Shown here in pieces: positions 51,235 to 64,000 of a DNA stretch of 64,000 nucleotides. The translations under genes were made by a program, and so were the position numbers. The notes under the pieces are model-generated. The model made no database searches. It saw nothing but the letters and a program-made list of their open reading frames with translations, and was not told the DNA's origin. The DNA lies in contig CP154954.1 of NCBI GenBank assembly GCA_039621445.1, positions 12,704,716 through 12,768,715 of the forward strand, in the 5' to 3' direction. Within the stretch, counting starts at the first letter, position 1; every line of letters starts with the position of its first letter. The DNA is from Euglena gracilis. Taxonomy: Eukaryota.

Positions 51235-52648
51235 GTTAAAAGGCCTGAAATGATTTTTTGACCCGCTGTAGGTGGGGTGGGGGTCCCTAAAATAACCTAA
51301 AATGGCCCAAAAAAGCGTTAAATGGCGAGAAATGGCCTGAAATGGGAAAATTTATGGCGCACAAAATTTCTGTGGCCAAACTGAAAGCCATCAGGTGATG
51401 ATTTCTGTGTATGTGGATGGCAACCGGTCGATATGGTGGACGATGGTTGTGGAGCCTCCCCCTCTGACAAACAAGCAAGCCTATTTAGTGCCCATTTGTG
51501 TGAAGATAAAAATACATTGATATCTGAGCGCACACATTGCAACTGAGCAGTTACCCTAACTAAATGCCCTAAAAATGGCCCAAAATGGCCTGAAATGGCC
51601 CAATATGACCAAAAATAAAAAAAATTGCGGGCTGAATGTTTTATGACCCATTGAATGCTTTGTTAGGTTAATTTTTTTGTTATGAGTGAGCTTCAAACAC
51701 CTTGAATGACTTTTTCACCTCCCCAAAATGCCAAATGGCTTCCAACAGCTTGAATGGCACATATGGCAAATGATTGTCTCTTCTGACATGGGGTGGGATC
51801 CCATGCTCATAGCTTCAGCAAGCTTCTCCAGCAAGAACGTAAAGCCGAGGCACCTGGAACGCTAGCATTGAAAACAATCGGATTGAAAAAATCAACGATT
51901 ATATATATATATAATATATTATATATAGATATATATACAAATATATATATGTATAATAGAGTATATATATATCTATATATATATGTATAATCTGTATAAT
52001 ATATTATTATACATATATATCTACATTATTTATATATATATCTATATATATTATATATATATATAATATAATAATAATCTATCTATATACATATATTATA
52101 TATTATCATATACATTTGTACATATATATATATATATACAATATTATATATGATATATATATATTATATATATATATATGGTATACATATATGTTATATA
52201 TGTATATATATACATATATATGTATATATGCACAATTTTGTCCAACTTTTTTTTAAAAAAATTCTTCAGAAAATGTCTACCGTTCAGAATTCCGTCTTCT
52301 CTCTCTACGTGTTATATGTATATATATTTAGAACACACACATATATATGTATATAATATACATATATATGTAATATATGGCAGTCATTTTGGTCCAACTT
52401 TTCAGAATTCCTCTGTGGGTATGTATTAAGATTTGTTCAGCTCTTGTGGTTTCGATCCAGTGCCAAAATGTTTTGCATGCTCTTTTGGATGCGCGTTTTC
52501 TTATGAGTGTGAAGTTTTGCACACACAATGATGCGGTTTTTGCACAAAACAACCCAAAATTATGATTTTCAGAACCCCCACCTTCAGTTTAAAATGGCCT
52601 CAAATGGCCTTGAATGGCCTTGAGTGGCCAAAATAATGTCCTAAAATG
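51235..52648. mobile_element. Decayed relative of the 10051-11674 element containing an (AT)n-rich expansion (51900-52380)
   Basis: Shared blocks tttttgaccc..ggtccctaaaat and agaattcctct..ttatgattttcagaa; aaatggcc repeats. Confidence 0.7.
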
Positions 52649-55600
52649 CCGTCAGTTCGTTTCACAGGGTTTGTTTATGTCCAATAGTTTTCATCAAACG
52701 CAAAGGAGTTCACTGAACCACACAGACATTTTCCCTTGGTCCCACCCTTGACGTTGGCCCACCCAAATAGAGGAAGTTATGAGGTTCATGTGCTCCACTA
52801 CATTCGTATACCTGCGGCATCTAGGTTTTTCCCCAGTGGCACACTCCTCTTTAAAAGTGACCATTTCAGTGTATGCATGCATGTTTTTGCAAACGTTTGC
52901 GGGAAAGCACCTATGAAATGACTGGGCACTACTGGGCATATTATTCGTGAGTGGGGTGACTGGACACACTGGGTTCCGTGCATAGATTCACTGGTGACCA
53001 GGACGGGGCACTTTTTCCCGTGCCTAAACCCACACACCCACTTTTTTTTTTGAAAAATCTACCAACCCATGACCCCCCCCCTCGGGGTGGTCAATTGCCC
53101 ACCTGCCCACCCAAAATCCGGCCAAAATCGACGGGGCCTCTGGAACGCCCCCCCAGGGGGGTGATGCGCCATGGGTCAGAATTTGGCCCAGCCGAAGACT
53201 GGGCAGAAAAAAATATTACCTTCTTCGGTAACACACTCTTGAAACTCCCCGGGGTGTGGTCACACAGGTGTTAAGGTACTTTATGGTTCCATGGCTGGGC
53301 GTGACTGTAAAGTTTCGGCCACATCTAGCCACGTTTGGCCACATTTAACCTTTCTTCTCCCTTTTTGTCCGCTTCTGGCCATCTTTGGCCGTTTGTTTCT
53401 ATGCCTTTTTTGAGTATTTTTGGTCATTTTCAGCCCACTGTTGACCACTTTTGGCCAGTTTTGACCTTTTCTGGCACTGAGATTTCTGTGTGTGGACTGG
53501 TTGCGAGTGAGCGTGACTGGGCATGGCTGAGCGTTACTGCGTCTGGGATTCTGCATGACCATCTGTGCTTGGTGGGGCGGATGAATGCGAACGTTTTTAT
53601 TTTTTTTTATTTTTGTAATGCTGTGAATCTTCATGATTCAGGACCATTTTCGAAGGGGGAACCGTCTAAAAATGAAATGTCCACAGAAAGGGGGAGGGGA
53701 GTGATGGTGGTAAGCGGAGCAGGATGTGGGGAAGGTTTGGCTGGGGACGTGCTGGTTGGGTACCCCGCCCCCCTCAGCTGAAAAAGAAATGGGGCAAAAA
53801 GAACCAAGCCCTCAAAAAACCCATTTTTGACCGTTTTTTTTGACCAAATTTCAATAGAAAAACCACCCAGTCCTGCTTGCCCACTTTATTTCAGCGGGCA
53901 CCATGGGGGGGGTCGGAAGTTTGGCTGGGAGCTGCTCCAGGGAAGGGGGACCAAAACGTCATTCTCACAAGCCACGCCATGTGGTTGCGAACATTCGGGG
54001 CACCTCCACAGCTAAATGCCCCCACCCCCACATCCCTAACCGACGGCCATGGTGGTTCCATTTTTTTTTCGAGGGAAATGGCAAAATGAATGAATTCTGG
54101 CTGTGCGTGGACGGCTCGACACCCCTTTGGGGTGCTCAAGAAAACACTTCCTCGCGTTCACACACGTTTCGAGGTGTTCAGATACAAATCCTGAAAGTGA
54201 ATAGTAGAACCGTCCCAGGCCACTAAATGGGGTATGCCAAAGACGAAGAAGGCACACATTATGTCTGCCAAATAATTGCAAAAAAGTCAGCAGTTGATGA
54301 AACAGTGCCGCTCAAAAAGTGAGTGGAATATATTGAAGGTTGCTCCGTGCCTGCTCTCAGATGGTTTCAGAGGCTTGTGTATTTTTTTTTAAATTCTAAT
54401 TATATCTGCATCTCAAAGATTGCGATATACCGCAGGCATTTCTAAAGTCTTTCTTTAGGACCTGCTGGGGATTCCCCAACTGGAATTTTCGGCGAATCTT
54501 TTGAGGTGAAAAATATCAACACACTTAAAAAAAAATGCTGTTGTTTTTGGTCATTTTTTGTCAAAAAAAATTCTGCTGTTAAGTAATTTTTTTCGGTCCA
54601 GCCCAGCTTCGTCTCGCAGCACCACAGGGGGTGGGTTCGCAGCTGCTTGTAGCTGGAGCAGGGTAGTCCACTCAGGCTTAAGAAAACGCTTAGTGATGCA
54701 TGGCTGACTTTTGTGACGTTTTTGTCACCAAAAGAATGGGATCAGTAACAGGATCATCAGTTTGGGCGTGAAGCACGCATTTTGTTTCCATTCGAGGTTA
54801 TTCACTTGTCCAAGCACTCCCATCCTCTCCAGGTCTTGTTTGGGGAGATGCATTACCATCCCAAATTGATTTTGCTGCAAAGAGCTATTGATCAAAACCT
54901 GGTCAATTAGGGCACCAGACGAGGCCACCAGAAACAGAGGGTGGCAATCTGCCCCCGGGTGACACAACTCAAATCAAAAAAGGGCTCGCCCAGTCCCAGA
55001 GATGCAATTCCTCTAACCTACGCTCTCAATGTCCAGCCTTTCAGCCTTGAAATGCCAGGGTCACCGATGCCGCGGACGTCGTTGTGTGCTTGGGGGGCAC
55101 ACCTCTTCCAATCTGAAGTGTGCCACTGGTGGAATGACTCTCCTTCCCAGCCTGCCACGGGGTTGCCTCCGGGCTATGTCGGACCTCCTTCCCCCCCCCC
55201 TAACCCTGACCGCTTTGTGTGCACCAGTGGTGCTGGTTTGACCTCACTGAACCATCAAATGTGCTGGAGGGAGCCGCCTGTGGGACACTTCACAGTCGAA
55301 TTTCCACGATTCCAGTGATTTTGTTTGGGAGATTGGCGAAGATCCAATAATCGGGAAGCGGTCAGTGCTGTATGAACTGGACATTCCCCCCTGACCATGG
55401 GATAAAAAATTGCAAGCGATGTAAAGCAAATCTTGGAAATTCAAACAGAGCCGCCACGCAGGCCTTTCAAACCCACGGGGACATGTACCTCCCCACAACG
55501 TGGGACCGTGCCTTCGACCGTGGTGCTTGCAATAGCAGAAGCACAAAGTAGTTCCCATAGAGATGGCATTTTGCCCCCTGACACTACTGTGCCGCCCTGC

Positions 55601-57774
55601 GCCCCTGTGATATGCCCCCCCACCCCTGGCGAAGGGGGCAGTGCTCGGGGGGGGGGGGCAGTGCTCAGGAGTGGTGCTGGACCTTTTTTTAAAGTACCCG
55701 AAGCCTATTTTCGAATAATTTCTTTTTTTAAAACACTGGTTTCTTTTTTTCTGCTTTTGCTGCCGGGACTGGCAAAGCACAAGAGCCCCACAGCGGCTCA
55801 TGCAACATATTGCCAATGAAAGGAAGCAATATAGCTCGAATACCACAAAAAAAGTTAATAACAACAAAAAAAACTCAAAGAAATGACAGATATATCTAAT
55901 ATTAGAAACCAGAATGATATGATATGGATTGAAATTATAATCAAACGAAACTGGCAGCTTCTGGGAGCATGCTTTGTGCGGCATCTTCTTTGAAGTTCTG
56001 GGCATACTCCATTTTCGCTTTCAGGAATTGTCTAGCACATTTGGAAATGTGTGTGAATCTGAACCAGTGTTTTCTTGGGGACCCCAAAGGGACTGTCCAG
56101 CAGTCTGGCTGCAGAGGTGCTGGCTGGACCTACCCCGCCCTTTTTCAGCTGAAAAATGCAAGGTAAAAGGTATAAAAATCCAAACACCCACCCTCAAAGC
56201 ACCCGCTTTTAACCATATTTGGACCAAATTTCACCGATTTGCATTCGAACCCCCCAAGTCCACCAGCGCTCGGGACCTACCCCTCCCCCTCCCCCAGGAC
56301 CCTCACTCTCCACTCATTTTTGGGCTTTTTAATAATAATCATAATAATAATAATGTTTAATATATATATAATTATATAATATATAATTATATATATATGT
56401 AATTATTATATATAATAAATAATAATAATATATTTAATAATAATTTTTTGAGGTTTCCTGGATTGGGCAGAAATGTTGTCTGCTTGCCTGCCCTCCTTCT
56501 GCGGAGAATCGCCGCCGTGGGGTCCCACAGTCATACGCCTCCCAGTCATGTGCCCTGCCCCGGACACTGTGCCAACCCCTCATTTGCCTCCGCACGCTTG
56601 CTGCCTTCATCCGCGATCGCCTCCATCCCCAGGGTGGGACACACCGTGGTTGCGCAGGCATGGGGACGCCATTTTCCGGAATGGAACCACGGAAACTGAG
56701 GACCAGCCTCGGTTAGTCTCGTGTTTAGTCTCCCCTTCTTAACTTTCACTTCGCACTCTTTTCTTCACAATCAACGGTGCACTCTTGCTTCTCTGTGTAC
56801 TGGTTGTGCGCTCGTCGCAAATCGTGGAGGACAGAGTCCGGAGGGCCCTCAGGGCAGAATTTATTTTCCTTTGCGGCGAGTGTCTGGGGGTAGGACCATC
56901 GGTCCGGCTCGTTGCTCACCACGTGCCCCTTGTGGAACGAGGCGGTCTCGCGGTGGCGGTGCACGGTGTGGCACGTGCGCCCTCCAGGTTGGTTGGAAGG
57001 TTTTTAGGGTTTTTAAATGTAGAAAGGACACTGTTCTTCAAACTCCTTTCTCGTTTTTTGTGTTGGTTTTTTTTATTTTTGCAAGTTTTTGTTGTGTATG
57101 TGCGTGTTTTGATTTTGCGAGCTTTGCTTATTTCGAGGAATGATTTCGATTCAATTGAGTTTTCCGATTTGGGACCCAATTTTCAGCTGAAACCCTTTTT
57201 CCAGAAATCAAAAATATCAACTCTTTATGTTCCCAATAATACAAACATTCTGTTCCTTGACAGTTTGGTAACAGGACTTTTCTTTTAGGTGGCCCAAATG
57301 TTCAGTCTGGAACCAATTTTCTGTATGTTTTCCTGATTGATGCATCTCGTTTCTAGCTTTTTTTCCCACACAAAATGCATTGTTGATTATTTTGTAAATT
57401 TCTGACCCCCAAGCACCCTCCACGGCCATGGGGATGCATGAAAACTGACGGGGCGCCAGAAAAATTTGCGATGTTTTAATCTTTTTCGCATAAAAATGGT
57501 GAAACCGTGGCTCATTGTTGGCGTCCCATTCTCCGCCGGCGCTGTCGGCCCACCCTGGCGGTCCCTCCCTCCCTCTGTCGCGCCTGCTATTGGCCATGAA
57601 TCTCCCCCCTCCAGTCTGCACCGCCAGCGCTGACTGCACCTCCAGCGCTCCAGGCATTCCACACGCTTTTAAGCGGGAAGCTTTCCCCTGGGCAAAAGGG
57701 GGGGTCGGACCCGCCCCCCCTCTGGGGCGCCTCGGGCCGGCTCTGTTCCTGAAAAAAAATTTCAGTCTCGAGCA

Positions 57775-58305
57775 CAGGGATGGATGGGAAGCCCTTCGGT
57801 ATTGAGGTAGGTGGTAGGGGGGGGGGTGGTCCTGGCCCCCCCCCCCCCTGGGGGGTAAGGTGGTAGGGGGGGGTCCGGACCACCCCCCCCCCTAGATGTT
57901 GGGAGGGGGGGTCCGGACCCCCCACCCCCCCCTCCTTGACAGGTGCCAAAAATAGCAGAAAATTTTCTTCCGGCGCTGCGCGCCGGAAAATAAGCAAAAA
58001 CACCCCTTTTGCTGACTTTTGGACATATTGCCCATTTTTTTGATGTGTTGGTGCTTTCCTTCAAAAACATGTTCAAAAAAAATTCAAAAAATGAGCATTT
58101 TTGTATCGATTTTCAAAGAAAAATCAGGGTTTTTTTGATTGATTCCGACCCGATTTCCGGTCCTTTGCCCGTCCATGAAATCGAAAAAAGTTCGGCCCCC
58201 CCTCAGTTTCGAGGTAGGAGGGGGGGGTCCGACCCCCCCCCCCCCCTCCGTGTCGGGAGGGGGGGTCCGACCCACCCCCCCCTCAAGGATTCCCATCCAT
58301 CCCTG
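57775..58305. mobile_element. hAT-like MITE (531 bp) nested in another repeat
   Basis: Perfect 16-bp TIR CAGGGATGGATGGGAA; TSD CTCGAGCA at 57767-57774 and 58306-58313. Confidence 0.95.
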
Positions 58306-58403
58306 CTCGAGCAACTAGATTTCGAGTTTCCGAATCACATCCGTTTGACCCCCAACTCCCCTAGGCCTAAGGCCTTAGGCCTGACACTGATCAATAAGTT
58401 AGG

Positions 58404-58438
58404 CCTAACCCTAACCCTGACTCTTAACCCTAACCCTA
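58404..58438. repeat. Short degenerate (CCCTAA)n telomere-like tract
   Basis: cctaaccctaaccctgactcttaaccctaacccta. Confidence 0.6.
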
Positions 58439-60044
58439 TTCCTTCAATAACACAAAAAAATTTTGGGAACCCCCTGATCCAACTATATGCCCCCCGGAGG
58501 GCCGAGCCATGCAGGGCCGCCGGGCCGCTGGCCAGGCTAGGCCAGGCCGCTTGCCAGTCTGCCGCCCCAGGCCGCCAGACCACCAGGCTGGTCCAGGCCG
58601 CCCTGGCGCTACAGGCCCCAAACACCTGCTGCAGCATGGCACCATCATCGGCATCACACGTAAGGAGTTCAGCACAACACAAAACCTGTTGTGGAGGGGT
58701 GGTGTTGGGGGCAATGGGAGGGTGGGGACAATTTGCAAATAGGGGCGCAAATTTTTGCTGTACCTCCGTTTTGAATCGCGCAGGTTCTCCAATCGTCCTT
58801 CGCAATAGAAGTTTGTTTGCGAGTTACGCCACCCAAGTCAAAATGTGTGCTCCTGGCATTTCAAGTCAGTTTGGCACCCAGCCACCCATTGTTGGAAAGG
58901 GCAGTTGGGTCCAATATGGCTCTGGTTTTAATATTCCAGTGGTTGGTCTTCCCGAGTTTTCCCTGCAACTTTTTTCCACATCACAGCCTCGGTAGCCATA
59001 TGGCCACCATGCAGGTCATGTTTGCAGCATTCTTTTTTAGGTTACCCCCCCTGTTACAAGTTCACATGTGCTGCTTCTCTTTTCCAGTCAATCTCATTTT
59101 CCATCGCCCTTTCTTATCTCCCCTCATTCTCTTTCTTATTTCTGATTCTGATTCTTTAGTTTTTGTATTTTTTTATTGAATTATTTGAATTACCAGAAAA
59201 TGGGACAACCTCAGTCGAATGTGGGGAAAACCACAATTCTTTCCCGAAGTGCATTTGGAACCGCCCATATACATGCTTCCGTCAAAAATTTTCCCGGAAG
59301 ATTCTAGGTCTGTTCCATTGGAACTGGCTGCTCCAGCGTAGTGGGTGTGTTGCAAGTGTGTTACTGAGACAGACAGATAGGCAGGCAGGCACAGAATGTG
59401 AAACACAAAGAATGAGAATTCCAGGGCTTAGGGAATCCCCGATACCCAATGGGGAATGGGTGGTGGGTTTCGACACCCCCCCCACCAGCCTGGCCTTCCC
59501 ATATTACCGTGGGCCCCGCCGATTTTAAGGTTTTAAGGTCAAAATTTTCTGTGGGTGAGAGGCAGGGAGGAAGGCCGCGCCGCCGGCCTGCCCAGTTGCT
59601 GCCAGTCAGCCGTAATCGCAAACAGCCGAGCGTGGTGATATTTTTGAATGCTGAGCGTTGAAAGCCGGCAAAGGTCCCCCCCCCCCGAAATTAGAAGACA
59701 GTCCAGAGGACAGTTGAGAAGGACGGAAGTCCAGATAGCTCCAGTTTGCCATGGCGTTTGTTTGACGTATGCTACAAAGGATGCAGACAGGTGCAATGAA
59801 CCTGATGGGTGCAGTGAAGCAGGAGCACACCACGCTCCGGACCACTTGCCTGGAGCCCACCCAGATTATAGTGGAACCCCCCCCCCGTGATAGCTGACTT
59901 TCAACTTACCCACCATTATCAGCCCACAAGACAAGGAGCCTGGCTTCTGATCCTGACGATTTCTGCATCCTTCGTCGTTTTTTTTACAAGAATTTTTCAG
60001 CGGTGTCAGGGATTGGTGCTCATAACGAAACAGATAACTACGGA

Positions 60045-60469
60045 CGGCTGGCAAAAAGGCTGCTGGCTGGAAATGAGCTGCTGGCTGGACCCCCCCCAGG
60101 GGGGTGGGGGGTGGGGGGTCCAGGGCTGGGCTGGGCTGGGCTGGGCTGGGTCGAGGAAAAACAAAATTTTCTAACACATTTTTGCCATTTTCGACATTTT
60201 GATGGGTGGAGCTAGATGAAGGCTGGGGGCTGTGATGCAGGGGCTGTGATAAGGGGAAAAAATGCAGGGATAAGTGAGCTGGGCAGCCCAGTTGCGGCCG
60301 GCTGGCCCGGCCTACGGCCAGGCTGGACCCGACTTTATTTCACTCGACCGCTCCCGGGGGGGGGGGGAGGGGCTACCAGCCAGAATTTGGGCTGCTGGCC
60401 GGATTTGAGCTGCTGGCTGGTTGGACCCCGCCAGGGGGTAGGGTACCCTCCGGCTTAAAAAATTCTCTG
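60045..60469. mobile_element. Truncated CAG-terminal MITE related to 6400-6819
   Basis: Ends gggtaccctccggcttaaaaaattctctg; absent from the homologous sites in A and B. Confidence 0.65.
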
Positions 60470-60776
60470 TTACGGATAGCTACGGATAAACCCCAAACCC
60501 CCAAATATGAATAACTGCGGGCACATACTAGATTGTTGAGGCCATTTTTAGCAACAATAAGCCACTTCTGATTGTTAAGGTCAATTTTTGCAATTATAGG
60601 CACTTTTTGCAATTGGCCATTTTGGCTGTTTCTGGCCGCTTTCAGCCATTTTGTGGTCATTTTTTTTGGCTTGGTTTAGCCTTTTGCACCTTTTTTTGGG
60701 GAGGGACCCTTTACTGCTTCTGGCTGTTTCTAGCTTCTTCTGGCTTAGTCATTTCCAGTGACATTTTTTTATTGTA

Positions 60777-60879
60777 CCTCCCCCCCCCTTGTCGTCGACA
60801 CGGCGTGTCGATGTCACCCCCCCCGTGTCAACGGCACTCTCCTAGAACATTGGCGTGTCAACAACAAGGGGGAGGGAGG
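60777..60879. mobile_element. 103-bp TA-TSD MITE
   Basis: TA at 60775-60776 and 60880-60881; imperfect ~25-bp TIR; empty site attgtaggcatttctgagg at ~8114. Confidence 0.82.
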
Positions 60880-63363
60880 TAAGCATTTCTGAGGCGATAT
60901 TACAACAAATGTTTCTGTTCTCGTTGGTTGCAGCCATTTCTGGGTGGATGTTCCTGGTCAGCACAGGAAGGCCAGTCAGCACAGGCATTGTTGCAATTGC
61001 GGATAATTACGGATGATCACCGACAACAACGAATGGTGTCCCATGCTCTGATGATCATCTGAGGAGCACTTCTCAATAGGGATGCGAGGCTTGCGGCTGT
61101 CACTCAGTCTCCGCTAAGTCGCCGTGCCCTGGTTGCTATTGCCCGTGCCCCCGCCAGGTGTAAATACCATCCTCTCATGACCCATATCTGTTCGCTCCCC
61201 ACTTTGTTTTACAAGGTGTCTCTCGCATTCCAAGCAGGGCGTCGCTTAAGCTGAAGGGCACCTCCCATCGATGAGTTTATCATTTATTTTGCAGTTGCAG
61301 AAGGAAGGCTGGATGGTAACGAATTTTTTTAGCTTTTGAGGGGCAAACAGACCAAAAAGGCGCAAAAAACGGGCCGGGAAAAAGTGCTGGCTAGCGCAAT
61401 ATTTGCGTCGTTTTTTTTCATCCTTGGCTTTTCACGTGTATTTTTTGCACTATCGATTTTTTTCCTACCCAGTTCGACACCAGCAGTTCATTCATCCCAA
61501 AATTTCCAGCCGCACCTCCCCATGGAGCAGTGGGGGGACGACGCCCTGTTTCCAAATTTCTGTTCTTGTAAGCTTCAGCTGCTTTGGCGATGCTTAGGTC
61601 TTCCTGCCTGCAATACACCAAAAAATGCAGCTGTCGGAATGTGTCCCGGAGGGGGGGGGTCGTCTTGACGGAACCACCGGAATGCGTACCGCATCCCAGG
61701 GAATATGTGTTATATTTGTTACGTGATAGGATACCCTCAGTCAATGTTCGATTTCTAACTGAGTTTTATGTTTTTCGATGTGATCATTTTTGGACATTTG
61801 TAAACTCTTTCCTTCACACATTTGCACACACATCCGGGATTCCCCCAAATGGTTTGCTTTTTTATTCCTCGGTTTTGTATGAGTTACATCCTATTTCGCT
61901 GGGCTCCAGATTAGCTTTACCTTCACATTTTAGTCTCCTCTTTCATTTGTACCGCACCGATACACCACCACGCCACAGTTTAGGTTGGCACTCCCTGGCC
62001 CCTCAAACCACAAGAGTTAATTGCCTTTGAAGACCTGCCTTTGAAGACAGTCAAATGCACTCACCGCTGCCGTCCCAGCAGGTGCCTTGCGTGAACAACA
62101 GTTAGTTCCTGTTGTGCTGCTGCTGCTGACCGGTTTCTGGATCCATTCAGTCGTCAGAAACGCAGCAATGGAGCACTGGAACACTTTCTGCACAAACACT
62201 CTCGCCGAAAAAAGCAGCGTTCCTGGTTGACAAAATGTAGCTTCGGTGTCGTGTGTGTTTCTGTGGTCGATTCACAAATCATGTCAGTTGAAGACCTTGT
62301 GAAACCGAAGATTTGCTGAAATGGTGTGCCACGACCTCCCCCAGTGTTGTCGTGAATTTTTGGCATTGTGCAAGATTGCAACAAAATGGCCAACAGTTGC
62401 TAAAGTGGACAGAAATGGAAAACTGGTCAAAAAATGACCTCAAACGGTCAAAAATGGCCAAAGTCATGAAATTTGTTTCAGAATGGACAGAAAATCCAGG
62501 TGCTTGCCACCCCTCCTTTTTGTACTGGATGTTCCAGGCCACCCCCCTCCCCTCTTCAGACTGATGGGAGGTCTGGGTTTTTTTTTGTTCTCCGGCTCTT
62601 TGCGCCGGACCACAGTGAACTTAAATGCGCAATTTGTCATGTGCATTTAAGCATATTTTCTGGCGCTTTTTTTCCCAGAGGGAGTCCAACCCCCCTCCAG
62701 GGTGTGTCTTAACCAGTCCCCCCCCCTGCCCGCCCATTTCATAACCTGGTCGACACCCCCAACTGGTCAGAGACAGAAATGTTTTAGCGACCGCCTCCCT
62801 GGTCGGCGACGAATATCCATGGTTCAACAACTATGAATGTTCGTCTCTGACCAGGGAGGCAGACCGGGGGTGGGAGGTTGTTGGGTGTTGTGAAAACGTT
62901 GAGACCAGCCTGGACGCCAATGAACAGTGCAACCCCCTTCCTAGCGATCAGACTCCCCCATAAGGGTTCGCAGTACAACCCTGGGGGGGGGGTCGACTGC
63001 AGCTAGTCTAATTTGGCTTGGACCCGCTGGGGAGGGTCCCGCTTACAGGCTAGGTGGTGGTTTTTTGAGACCAGCACAAAGCACCGGAAATTTTTTTACC
63101 CCCAAACCCTGCCAAAAATGCCCGTTCTGCGTTTTTTAGGTTTTTTTTTGGAACAGAACCAGCCAAATAAAAAGCACACACGAAAAACCAATTTGCTCCT
63201 GGGGGGGCAGCTGGTTGTGGTGAGTTTTCCAGTCCGGGAGGGCCTGCGGGACCCGGATCTCGGACCTCCCAGGAGAGAGGGATCCAGCTAGTGGCTTCTC
63301 TAGTGGCTGTTTTTCGGACCCCCCCTCGGGATCCCAAGGCAGAGTCTGGCCCTGGTAATGCAG

Positions 63364-63493
<130 letters not shown>

Positions 63494-63519
63494 AGTTTGC
63501 GTGTGTTTTCGTGTCTGTC

Positions 63520-63616
63520 CAGGGGCAGGGAGATATTCCGGTCCGGAATAAACGGAATAAACCGGAATAGCGAAAACCGGAATAAACCGGAATAAGCCGG
63601 AATAACCAGAATAAAA
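63520..63616. mobile_element. Probable left end of a CAG-terminal element with subterminal CCGGAATAAA repeats
   Basis: Homology to copy B stops at caggggcagggg; about seven ccggaataa repeats follow; partner end not in the window. Confidence 0.45.
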
Positions 63617-64000
63617 GTGCCAGCCAATGGCTTGAAAATTCTGCAAGACACAAAGACAATGAAGGTGAAGTTTGATATATTTTCAGGTTTCAAAGTCACA
63701 AGAGCAACAGAAGAACGCAAGCGTAGCGCAATCGGCACTTGATAGCAGGAGCACACCTCCACTTTGCCTCTTTCTCCCCCTGGTTGAATACATTTTTTGT
63801 TTGGATTTTCTCCCCATTTGTGGGGTTGTACTTAGTGAATGTTTGTCCCTGACTTCTTTCCAAAGGGACATGAACTAGGACAATATCAAAGCTGATTTTT
63901 TGGGGGCAGGGATCCATTTGGACAAAGTGAATCATCCTTCAATCAGGGGGTAATAACACTTTTAGGCAGCCTAATTCGGCATTGAGGTTTTGATTCTTGC

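Larger units (their letters stand above)
37860..57666. repeat. Large degenerate block, copy B (most complete)
   Basis: See copy A; retains segments absent from A (39855-41760, 49930-50360). Confidence 0.88.

Noticed and set aside
58404-58438. True chromosome end
   Set aside because: Only about five degenerate units, embedded internally
58009-58995. 328-aa ORF
   Set aside because: Chance read-through across a MITE, telomere-like repeats and the start of copy C

Overview
Repeat-rich eukaryotic genomic DNA. No prokaryotic genes, RNA genes or CRISPR arrays are visible, and most ORF-track entries are artefacts of microsatellites and poly-G/C MITEs. Main contents: (1) A GC-rich minus-strand ORF (~2.5 kb, running off the left edge) with Pro-rich repeats and an articulin-like VPV block. 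It is interrupted inside a G-A-R-I-G-E-A-D-H-P-G-P (2A-like/non-LTR-type) motif by a 313-bp CAG...CTG MITE with an 8-bp TSD. Removing the MITE plus one TSD copy as a 321-nt GC...AG intron restores the frame. (2) At least seven non-autonomous CA(G/T)...(C/A)TG elements with 8-bp TSDs (hAT-like); their geometry matches the euglenid non-conventional intron signature (N3-CAG...CTG-N5). There are also TA-TSD and TTAA-flanked MITEs. (3) Three diverged, co-oriented copies of a large degenerate multi-exon block (A ~4.1-27.4 kb, B ~37.9-57.7 kb, C ~58.8-63.5 kb) with copy-specific inversions, deletions and insertions. Copy A contains a young ~3.5-3.9 kb tandem triplication. (4) A foldback structure at ~30.9-34.9 kb and many simple repeats. 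A euglenid/euglenozoan host is an inference, not shown.
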